From assembly GCA_963756425.1 (NCBI GenBank), contig CAVWNW010000018.1:23281-87280 (forward strand): a stretch of DNA of 64,000 nt, given 5' to 3'. Below, piece by piece: positions 17,887 to 25,597 of the stretch. The translations under genes were made by a program, and so were the position numbers. The stretch's first letter is position 1. Every line of letters starts with the position of its first letter. The notes under the pieces were generated by a model. The model searched no databases and was not told the origin of the DNA. It saw only the letters and a list, made by a program, of their open reading frames with translations. This DNA is from an uncultured bacterium (GTDB lineage: Bacteria; Actinomycetota; Acidimicrobiia; Acidimicrobiales; VFJN01).

Positions 17887-20376
17887 ATGGCTGATCTCGA
17901 CACGTTGACTCTCCCGGTCCTCCCCCTCACCAACGACGTCGTGCTCCCGCACATGGTCGTGACTCTGGCCCTCGAGACCGACGAGGCCCGCGCCGCCGCT
18001 GACGCCGCCGCCCGGGCCGACGACACACTGTTGCTCGTCCCCCGCCAGGCCGACGGCCGCTACGCGCGCGTTGGCACGATCGCCCGGATCGAGAACCGTG
18101 GCAACCTCCCCGGCGGCATGTCCGCGCTGGTCATCCGCGCCACGACCCGCGCCGAAGTGGGTGTGGGCGTCATCGGCCAAACCAGCGCGCTGTGGGTGCA
18201 CGTCACCCCGCTGCCCGACGGCGAGGTCACCGAGGAGGTCGATGAGCTTGCGACCGAGCTCCGGGCCGCGCTCCGCGCGCTGTTCGAGAGCCTCGGTGGC
18301 CGGCGGCTGACCGAGGTGCTGCGCGGGGTCGACGACCCGTCGGCCCTGGCCGACATCGTCGGCTGGTGGCCCGACCTGGCCGTCGAGCGGAAGGTCGAGC
18401 TGCTCGAGACACCCGAGCTGGTCGGGCGCCTGCGCCTGGTGCTGGGCTGGGTCAAAGAGGCGCTGGCCGAGCACGAGCTGGCCGACAAGATCCGTCACGA
18501 CGTCTCCGAGGGGCTGGAGTCCCGGCAGCGCGAGTTCCTGCTGCGCCAGCAGATGGACGCGATCCGCAAGGAGCTGGGCGAGGACGGCGGCGACGACCTC
18601 GTCGGCGGCTACCGCGAGCGCCTGGCGAAGCTGGCCGAGGCCAAGGCCGTGACCGATGACACCCGCAAGGCAATCGAGCGCGAGGTCGATCGGCTGGAGC
18701 GCACGCCCGAACAGAACACCGAGCACGGCTGGATCCGTAACTGGCTCGACACCGTGTTCGAGATCCCTTGGGGCGAGCGCAGCGTGGACGACTACGACAT
18801 GGACCGCGCCCGCCAGGTCCTCGACGAGGACCACACCGGCCTCGACGAGGTGAAGGACCGCATCGTCGAGATGCTGGCCGTGCGCAAGCTGCTGGCCGAA
18901 CGCGCCGCGGAGTCGGTGGATGACGATGCCGACACCCCCGACACCAACGCCGATGGCAGTGCGACCGATGGCAACGGGAGCGACGGCGACGCCAACGACG
19001 GCGACGCCGGCGAGCGGCCGCGGCCCCACACGGTGCCCGATGTCGACGCCTCGGGCCGCAAGCCTGGCGCCATCCTGGCCCTTGCCGGCCCTCCCGGCGT
19101 GGGCAAGACCTCGCTTGGGGCCTCAGTGGCGCGCGCCCTGGGCCGCCGCTTCACCCGTGTCGCCCTGGGCGGCATCCGGGACGAGGCGGAGATCCGGGGT
19201 CACCGGCGCACCTACGTCGGTGCCCAGCCGGGGCGCGTCGTGAGAGCCCTGCAGGAGGCCGGGACCATGAACCCCGTCGTCCTGCTCGACGAGGTCGACA
19301 AGCTCGGCGCCGACTGGCGCGGCGATCCCTCATCGGCACTGCTCGAGGTCCTCGACCCCGCGCAGAACCACACGTTCCGTGACCACTACCTGGAGGTTGA
19401 CCTCGACCTGTCGGACGTGCTGTTCATCGCCACGGCCAACATGCTCGAGCAGATCCCCGGGCCGCTCCTGGACCGGCTGGAGGTCATCCGTCTCGACGGT
19501 TACACCGAGGCCGAGAAGGTCGTCATCGCACGTGACCACCTGTTCCGGCGCCAGCTGCGCCGCAACGGGCTCCGCGACGACGAGGTCGACGTCACCGATG
19601 CCGCCCTCGGCGAGATCGTTGACGGCTACACCCGGGAAGCCGGGGTCCGAAACCTCGAGCGTGAGCTCGGCAAGGTGCTGCGCAAGGTGGCCACCGAGGT
19701 CGCCAAGGGCAGCGAGACGCCCATCGTGGTCGGCATCGACGACCTGCCCAACTACCTGGGCCGGCGTCGGTTCTTCGACGAGGCTGCCGACCGGACCGTC
19801 GTGCCCGGCGTGGCCACCGGCCTTGCGGTCACCGGCGTGGGCGGCGACGTCCTGTTCGTCGAGGCGACATCGATGCCGGGCGAGTCGGGCAACGGCCTCA
19901 CGGTCACCGGCCAGCTCGGCGACGTCATGAAGGAGTCGGCGCAAATCGCCTTGTCCTACGTGCGTTCCAAGGCGCACGCGCTGGGCATCGAGCCCTCCGC
20001 CCTCGAGGACAAGCGCTTCCACGTCCACTTCCCCGCCGGCGCCATCCCCAAGGACGGCCCGTCGGCCGGTGTCACGATGACCACCGCGCTGGTGAGCCTG
20101 TTGCGGGACACCCCGATGCGTCCCACCGTGGCGATGACCGGCGAGGTCACGCTGTCGGGACGGGTGCTGCCCATCGGCGGCGTCAAGCAGAAGGTGCTGG
20201 CCGCCCACCGGGCCGGGCTACGCGAGGTGATCTTGCCGCTCCGCAACGAGCCCGACCTGGACGACGTGCCGGAAGCCGTGCGCCAGGAGATGACGTTCCA
20301 CCCCGTGGCCGACGTCTCCCGCGTGCTCGAGCTGGCGCTCGAGCCCGCGCCGGTGCCGGAGACGCTGGCGGCCTAA
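17887..20376 (+). CDS. lon: ATP-dependent Lon protease (endopeptidase La)
   Basis: LON N-domain, Walker [12 protein letters not shown] and the protease-domain catalytic-Ser motif [15 protein letters not shown]. Contains an unusual acidic insert upstream of the Walker A motif. Confidence 0.95.
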   Translation: MADLDTLTLPVLPLTNDVVLPHMVVTLALETDEARAAADAAARADDTLLLVPRQADGRYARVGTIARIENRGNLPGGMSALVIRATTRAEVGVGVIGQTSALWVHVTPLPDGEVTEEVDELATELRAALRALFESLGGRRLTEVLRGVDDPSALADIVGWWPDLAVERKVELLETPELVGRLRLVLGWVKEALAEHELADKIRHDVSEGLESRQREFLLRQQMDAIRKELGEDGGDDLVGGYRERLAKLAEAKAVTDDTRKAIEREVDRLERTPEQNTEHGWIRNWLDTVFEIPWGERSVDDYDMDRARQVLDEDHTGLDEVKDRIVEMLAVRKLLAERAAESVDDDADTPDTNADGSATDGNGSDGDANDGDAGERPRPHTVPDVDASGRKPGAILALAGPPGVGKTSLGASVARALGRRFTRVALGGIRDEAEIRGHRRTYVGAQPGRVVRALQEAGTMNPVVLLDEVDKLGADWRGDPSSALLEVLDPAQNHTFRDHYLEVDLDLSDVLFIATANMLEQIPGPLLDRLEVIRLDGYTEAEKVVIARDHLFRRQLRRNGLRDDEVDVTDAALGEIVDGYTREAGVRNLERELGKVLRKVATEVAKGSETPIVVGIDDLPNYLGRRRFFDEAADRTVVPGVATGLAVTGVGGDVLFVEATSMPGESGNGLTVTGQLGDVMKESAQIALSYVRSKAHALGIEPSALEDKRFHVHFPAGAIPKDGPSAGVTMTTALVSLLRDTPMRPTVAMTGEVTLSGRVLPIGGVKQKVLAAHRAGLREVILPLRNEPDLDDVPEAVRQEMTFHPVADVSRVLELALEPAPVPETLAA

Positions 20377-20382
20377 CGCATT

Positions 20383-20431
20383 CCTGCCGCGGGATTGGTG
20401 GCCATCGCCACCAATCCCGCGGCAGGTTTTT
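20383..20431 (+). terminator. Perfect 20-bp-arm palindromic repeat (copy B) plus T5; intrinsic terminator of lon
   Basis: CCTGCCGCGGGATTGGTGGC-CATC-GCCACCAATCCCGCGGCAGG followed by TTTTT, starting 7 nt after the lon stop. Flanked by TT...TT. Confidence 0.8.
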
Positions 20432-20446
20432 CGTAATGTCGGAGCA

Positions 20447-22804
20447 ATGACATCGGAGCTCGACACGCGGCCCGGCGCGACGGCGTACCGGGCACCGGAG
20501 CCACCGCCGTCGGAGCCGAGCGTTCACCTGCCGCCCGACGGGCCCGGGTACCGGCTCAAGCGCAAGCTGCTCGGCAAGCCGATGCACTCGGAGCAGCTCG
20601 AGCACGAGCGCCTGGGTAAGCCCACGGCCCTGGCGGTCTTCGCCTCCGACAACCTGTCGTCGTCGGCGTACGCCACCGAGGAGATCCTCCACGTCCTCGT
20701 GCCCGCGGTCGGGATCGCGGCCTTCTCGCTGGTCCTCCCGATCACGGGGGCCATGCTGGTCGTGCTCGGCCTGCTGATCATCAGCTACCGCGAGACGATC
20801 AAGGAGTACCCGTCGGCGGGCGGCGCCTACCTGGTCACGCGCGACAACTTCGGCATCGTCACCGCCCAGGTGGCGGGTGCCGCGCTGCTGATCGGCTACA
20901 TCCTCACGGTGGCGGTGTCGGTCGCAGCGGGCAGCGCCGCGCTGAGCTCGTCGATCGGGGCCCTGGCGCCGTGGCGGGTGCCGATCTCGCTGGGTTTCAT
21001 CGCCCTCATTGCCTTCGGGAACCTGCGCGGGGTCCGGGAGTCGGGGCGCATATTCGCCGCGCCCACGTTCTTCTTCATGGCCAACATGGCCGTGCTGCTG
21101 GTCCTCGGCCTGGTGCGGTACCTCACGGGCGATCTCGAGGTCGTCGGCCGCCACCTGCCGGGCATGGTCGAGTTCGGCGACGAGGGCACGGGCGTGCTGC
21201 TGGGGGCGTCCGCCTTCGTGATCGCCAAGGCGTTCGCTTCGGGTGGTGCCGCGGTCACCGGCGTCGAGGCCATCTCCAACGGCGTTCCCGCCTTCCGCAA
21301 GCCCGAGTGGCGCAACGCGCGCCAGACCCTGGTCGTCATGGGCAGCGGACTGGCGGTGATGTTCCTCGGCCTGTCGTTCCTGGCGTCCAAGGTCGAGGTG
21401 GCCCCGTTCGAGGACGGCACGCCCACGGTGCTCGCGCAGATCGGCGAGGTGGTGTACGGCAACGGGTCGGTGGGCGAGGCGATGTCCGGCGTCCTCAACA
21501 TCGCCACGATGCTCATCCTGGTGCTGGCGGCCAACACCGGATTCGCCGACTTCCCGCGGCTGGCGAGCCTGCAGGCCGGCGACAACTTCCTGCCCCGGCA
21601 ACTCACCAAGCGCGGCCACCGCCTGGTGTTCTCCAACGGCATCCTCGCCCTTGCCGGCGCTGCCGCCGTCCTCGTGGTCCTCACCGGCGCGGAGGTCACG
21701 CGGCTGATCCCGCTCTACGCCATCTCGGTGTTCACCGGGTTCACCCTGTCGCAGTCGGGGATGACCAAGCACCACCTGCGCAAGCGCGAAACGGGATGGG
21801 TGGCCGGCCTGCTCGCCAACGGCGTGGGCGCCATCTTGTCGGGCCTGATCGTGCTGATCGTGGTGGTCACCCGGTTCAACGACGCCTGGCCGATCCTGCC
21901 GATCATGCCGGTGTTCGTGATCATCCTGCTCCGGCTCAACCGCCAATACGAGCGGGAGCGCAGCGCGCTCGAGCACGACGTGCCGGCCGCGGCCACCGCG
22001 CCGATCCTCCACCGGCATGTCGTGATGGTCTTCGTCGACCGGCTCGACCTGGCCGCGGCCCGAGCCATCCAGTACGCGCGCACGCTCACACCCGACGAGC
22101 TGCGGGCGGTGCATTTCGTCGTGGACGACGACGCCGCGGCCCGCCTGGCCGCGGAGTGGCGGCGGCTGGGCCTGTCACGGGTCCCGCTGGAGCTGGTCGC
22201 GTGCCCCGACCGGCGCCTGACCCGCGGGGCCGTCGAGCACGTCGCCCGCGAGCTGTCGGACGGCGAGACCGAGGTGTCGGTGCTCCTCCCCGATCGCAAG
22301 TACAACGGGCTGTGGCACCGCATCCTCCACGACCGGACGGCAGAGGCCATTCAGTCCGAGGTGTCGAAACTGCCCCACGCCAACGTCACGACCGTGCCCT
22401 TCCACTTCGACGTGTGGCTATCGGAGGAGTCCCTTGCGATGGTGCCGCCGGTGCACCGCGGCCGCATCGCCGAGGGTACCGACGGGCCGGGAGCGGCGGC
22501 GCAGCGACCCCCGCACGACGACGTCTCGACGGTGACGGCCATCGACGCGGTCCGCTGGCGCGATCGGGTCCGGGTCCGGGGCCAGGTGCGTTCCATGCGG
22601 GTGGCGCCCCAACGCGACGTCGCCACACTCGAGTGCGTGATCGACGACGGCACCGGGACGCTGCTGGCGGTGTTCCTCGGCCGGCGGGAGCTCGCCGGGG
22701 TGAACGTCGGCAGCCGCATCGAGTTGGTGGGCACGGCCGGCGTGCACCAGAACCGCCTGGCCATCCTCAACCCCAGCTACCGGCTCCTCACCACTATCGC
22801 CTGA
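20447..22804 (+). CDS. APC-superfamily permease fused to a cytosolic domain and a C-terminal OB-fold domain
   Basis: 785 aa. The N-terminal region (LKRKLLGKPMHSEQLEHERLGKPTALAVFASDNLSSSAYATEE) plus about 12 TM helices is typical of actinobacterial APC-like permeases. The C-terminal part (VRVRGQVRSMRVAPQ...ATLECVIDDGTGTLLAVFLGRRELAGVNVGSRIELVGTAG) looks like an OB-fold. Confidence 0.85.
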   Translation: MTSELDTRPGATAYRAPEPPPSEPSVHLPPDGPGYRLKRKLLGKPMHSEQLEHERLGKPTALAVFASDNLSSSAYATEEILHVLVPAVGIAAFSLVLPITGAMLVVLGLLIISYRETIKEYPSAGGAYLVTRDNFGIVTAQVAGAALLIGYILTVAVSVAAGSAALSSSIGALAPWRVPISLGFIALIAFGNLRGVRESGRIFAAPTFFFMANMAVLLVLGLVRYLTGDLEVVGRHLPGMVEFGDEGTGVLLGASAFVIAKAFASGGAAVTGVEAISNGVPAFRKPEWRNARQTLVVMGSGLAVMFLGLSFLASKVEVAPFEDGTPTVLAQIGEVVYGNGSVGEAMSGVLNIATMLILVLAANTGFADFPRLASLQAGDNFLPRQLTKRGHRLVFSNGILALAGAAAVLVVLTGAEVTRLIPLYAISVFTGFTLSQSGMTKHHLRKRETGWVAGLLANGVGAILSGLIVLIVVVTRFNDAWPILPIMPVFVIILLRLNRQYERERSALEHDVPAAATAPILHRHVVMVFVDRLDLAAARAIQYARTLTPDELRAVHFVVDDDAAARLAAEWRRLGLSRVPLELVACPDRRLTRGAVEHVARELSDGETEVSVLLPDRKYNGLWHRILHDRTAEAIQSEVSKLPHANVTTVPFHFDVWLSEESLAMVPPVHRGRIAEGTDGPGAAAQRPPHDDVSTVTAIDAVRWRDRVRVRGQVRSMRVAPQRDVATLECVIDDGTGTLLAVFLGRRELAGVNVGSRIELVGTAGVHQNRLAILNPSYRLLTTIA

Positions 22805-23069
22805 CGCGGTCCTGCCGCAGGTTTCGCGTCGAAGTGCGTCAGGCGGTGGGGACGTACTTCCGGCAGTTCGAGTTCGCCACGTTGGTGCTGAAGTCGACCG
22901 CCGACGTGTCGAGCGGCCGGAAACCGACCGCCGCTGCTCGCGGTCCTGGCCATCCCGCCCCTGGTCGTCGGCGTCGTGCGCTGGCTCCGGCGACCCCGCT
23001 TCTGACCGCCAGACCGGGCAGGGCCGCCCTCGATTGCAGCCACGCCTCGGCGGCAAGAGACTGCTGAGT

Positions 23070-24509
23070 GTGGAGGACCACGTAGGCGACCTCGCCGCCC
23101 TCGCCGCCGACCTGCGCGCGGCGCTGGCGCCCGACCGGGTGCGGACCGAGGCCGTCGAGCTCGGCCTGTACGGGCGGGACGCCTCGGTGATGACCGGGGC
23201 GGCGGCGGTGGTCTGCTTCCCGCTCACGACCGACGAGGTGGCCGCCGCCGTCCGCACCGCCTGCCGCCACGGGCGCCCGTTCGTGGCCCGGGGATCGGGG
23301 ACGGGCCTCGCCGGCGGGGCGGTGCCCGTGGGCGACCCGGTCGTGATCGTCACCACCAAGATGGACCGGATCCTGGAGGTCGACCCCGTGGACCGGGTCG
23401 CGTGGGTGCAGCCCGGCGTGATCAACCTGGACCTCACCCGGGCCCTGGCCCCGCACGGGCTCCACTTCGCACCCGACCCGTCGAGCCAGCAGGCGTGCAC
23501 CATCGGCGGCAACGTGGCCAACAACTCCGGGGGGCCGCACTGCCTGGCGTACGGCGTGACCAGCGCCCACGTCCTGGCACTCGAGGTGGTGCTGCCCGAC
23601 GGGTCGGTCACCCTGCTCGGGGGCCTCGATCCCGAGCCCGCCGGGCTCGACCTGCGGGGCGTGTTCGTGGGAAGCGAGGGCACGCTCGGCATCGCGACGC
23701 GCATCGCCGTGCGCCTGACGCCCGACCCGCCGGCGGTGGCGACCCTGCTGCTCGACTTCGATTCCGTCGATGACGCCGCCGAGACGGTGAGCGCCATCAT
23801 CGCCGGGGGGTTGTTGCCCGCGGCTCTCGAGATGATGGACAGGCGCATCACGCAGGCGGCCGAGGACTTCGTCCACGCCGGGTACCCGACCGACGCCGCC
23901 GCCGTACTGCTCGTGGAGCTCGACGGCCTCCCGGCGGGCGTGGACGCCGGCGTCGAGCAGGTGCGGACGGTCGGACTGGCCCACGGCGCCCGGACAGTGC
24001 GGGTGGCCGCCGACGACGCCGAGCGGGCCCTGCTGTGGAAGGGCCGGAAGTCCGCCTTCGGCGCGGTCGCTCGGCTGGCGCCCAACTACTACCTACACGA
24101 CACCGTCGTCCCCCGCACCCGCCTGTGCGAGGTGCTCACGCAGGTCTACGCCATTGCCGAACGCCACGACCTCGGCGTGATGAACGTGTTCCACGCCGGC
24201 GACGGCAACCTCCACCCGCTGCTGCTGTTCGACGCTCGCGAGCCGGGCGTGATGGAGCGCGTCCATGCCGCCGGCGAGGAGATCGTCCGGGTGTCGCTGG
24301 ATGCCGGCGGTGTGCTGTCCGGCGAGCACGGGATCGGCCTCGAGAAGCGCGACCTGATGCCCCTGCTCTTCGGGCCCGATGACCTCGACGCCCAGGCCCG
24401 GCTGCGCGAGGCGTTCGATCCCGACGGCGTGGCGAACCCCACCAAGATCCTGCCGGCGGGCAGTCGCTGCGGCGACTTGCAGAGCGTGCCGGAGGGCGTG
24501 TGGGTATGA
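23070..24509 (+). CDS. glcD: FAD-linked oxidase, glycolate oxidase subunit GlcD-like
   Basis: FAD_binding_4 pattern (VVCFPLTTDEVAAAVRTACRHGRPFVARGSGTGLAGGAVP) and a C-terminal GEHGIGLEKRD. GTG 23070 chosen; TTG 23034 is the ORF-track start. Confidence 0.9.
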   Translation: MEDHVGDLAALAADLRAALAPDRVRTEAVELGLYGRDASVMTGAAAVVCFPLTTDEVAAAVRTACRHGRPFVARGSGTGLAGGAVPVGDPVVIVTTKMDRILEVDPVDRVAWVQPGVINLDLTRALAPHGLHFAPDPSSQQACTIGGNVANNSGGPHCLAYGVTSAHVLALEVVLPDGSVTLLGGLDPEPAGLDLRGVFVGSEGTLGIATRIAVRLTPDPPAVATLLLDFDSVDDAAETVSAIIAGGLLPAALEMMDRRITQAAEDFVHAGYPTDAAAVLLVELDGLPAGVDAGVEQVRTVGLAHGARTVRVAADDAERALLWKGRKSAFGAVARLAPNYYLHDTVVPRTRLCEVLTQVYAIAERHDLGVMNVFHAGDGNLHPLLLFDAREPGVMERVHAAGEEIVRVSLDAGGVLSGEHGIGLEKRDLMPLLFGPDDLDAQARLREAFDPDGVANPTKILPAGSRCGDLQSVPEGVWV

Positions 24510-25456
24510 GCGCCGCGACGACCGGGGCGGTTGAGGCCTTCGCCGCCGAGGTGGGCCCGGCGGACGCCGGACCGGTCAGCGCCGTCGGCGGGCGGACGCA
24601 GTGGGGCGTCGGCGGCGGGGTCTCCCCGGACGCGCGCGAGCTGCGGGCCCCGGCGGGCATCGTCGCCGTCGAGGCCGCCGACATGACCGTGCGGGTGCGC
24701 GCCGCGACGACGGTGGCGGAGCTCGACGCCGCCCTCGCCGAGGTAGGCCAGACCGTGGCGCTGCCGGCGTGGGACGGCGCCACTGTGGGCGGCGTCCTGG
24801 CCGTGGGCCACAGCGGGCTGCGGCGGCTCGGCTGGGGACCGGTCCGGGACACGCTCCTCGAGGCCCGGGTGGTGACCGCGGACGGCCGCGTCGTGAAGGC
24901 GGGCGGGCCGACGGTCAAGAACGTCTCCGGGTACGACCTGTGCCGGTTGCTCGTGGGCTCGCTGGGCACACTGGCGTTCACCGCCGAGGTGGTGCTGCGG
25001 ACGCGCCCGCTACCGCCGGCCGAACGCTGGCTGGCGGGCGACGCCGACCCGTTCGCCCTGGTCGAACGGCTCTACCGGCCGGCGGCGATCCTGTGGGACG
25101 GGACCACGACGTGGGTGCTGCTCGACGGCCATCCGGATGACGTGGCGGCGCAGTCGGCGCTCGCCGGCCTGGCGGACGCCGACGGCCCGCCGGCTCTGCC
25201 GGGCCCGCACCGCTGGTCGCTGCGCCCGTCCGAGCTGCCCGCCCTCGGCGGTGACGGATCAGGCGACGGGCCGGGGCGGTTCGTGGCCGAGGTGGGCGTC
25301 GGCGTCGTCCACGCCGAGCGGCCGCCGCCGGCCCGCCCGATCGACCCCCAGGTCGCCGAGCTGCACCGCCGGCTCAAGGCGGTCTTCGATCCCGGCGGCC
25401 GACTCAACCCCGGCCGGGACCCGTTGGCCGGGACGGCTGCGGAGGCGGCGGCATGA
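24506..25456 (+). CDS. glcE: Glycolate oxidase FAD-binding subunit GlcE-like
   Basis: FAD-binding PCMH-type domain (GGRTQWGVGG...VKNVSGYDLCRLLVGSLGTLAF). ATG 24506 overlaps the glcD stop as ATGA. The ORF-track start is GTG 24500. Confidence 0.85.
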   Translation: MSAATTGAVEAFAAEVGPADAGPVSAVGGRTQWGVGGGVSPDARELRAPAGIVAVEAADMTVRVRAATTVAELDAALAEVGQTVALPAWDGATVGGVLAVGHSGLRRLGWGPVRDTLLEARVVTADGRVVKAGGPTVKNVSGYDLCRLLVGSLGTLAFTAEVVLRTRPLPPAERWLAGDADPFALVERLYRPAAILWDGTTTWVLLDGHPDDVAAQSALAGLADADGPPALPGPHRWSLRPSELPALGGDGSGDGPGRFVAEVGVGVVHAERPPPARPIDPQVAELHRRLKAVFDPGGRLNPGRDPLAGTAAEAAA

Positions 25457-25597
25457 CCGCCAACCGGCGTCCCAAAGCGCCGGAATCCGTCACATCCGAA
25501 CGCCGGTACGAGACCTCGTCGCGCACCACAGCCAAGCGGCGTCCCCAACCGCCGGAATCCGTCACATCCGAACGCCGGAACGGTTGGCCGGCATGAC
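25449..25597. mobile_element. MITE-like 131-bp insertion with 9-bp direct target duplication CGGCATGAC at the glcE/glcF junction
   Basis: CGGCATGAC occurs at 25449-25457 and 25589-25597. The insert ends carry the inverted repeat GCCAACCG...CGGTTGGC. Internally there are two 41-nt direct repeats (25466-25506 and 25538-25578). Confidence 0.65.
25453..25596 (+). CDS. Possible 47-codon coupling ORF created by the insertion (MTANRRPKAPESVTSERRYETSSRTTAKRRPQPPESVTSERRNGWPA)
   Basis: Its ATG overlaps the glcE stop (ATGA) and its TGA overlaps the glcF ATG (ATGA). Too short for the ORF track. GC3 is lower than in neighbouring genes, so translation is uncertain. Confidence 0.3.
   Translation: MTANRRPKAPESVTSERRYETSSRTTAKRRPQPPESVTSERRNGWPA

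Noticed and set aside
22798-22845. Stem-loop CGCCTGACGC...GCGTCAGGCG spanning the permease stop codon, as a terminator
   Set aside because: It has a 10-bp stem but a 28-nt loop and no downstream T-run. It is noted only because the loop contains the CCTGCCGCAGG fused-ends motif of the palindromic repeat family.
22840-22935. Stretch with coding-like third-position GC bias in the permease/glcD intergenic region (plus frame VGTYFRQFEFATLVLKSTADVSSGRKP; minus frame FRPLDTSAVDFSTNVANSNCRKYVPTA)
   Set aside because: The two frames share third positions, so the signal cannot be assigned to a strand. The biased stretch covers only about 30 codons. The nearest usable starts give ORFs whose remaining codons look non-coding, and I recognise neither peptide. 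It could be a decayed gene fragment, but the support is too weak to call.
25466-25578. Possible CRISPR array (two 41-nt direct repeats 72 nt apart)
   Set aside because: There are only two repeat copies, a spacer of about 31 nt, terminal inverted repeats and a 9-bp target duplication around the whole unit, and no cas genes in the window. It fits a MITE-like insertion, not a CRISPR.
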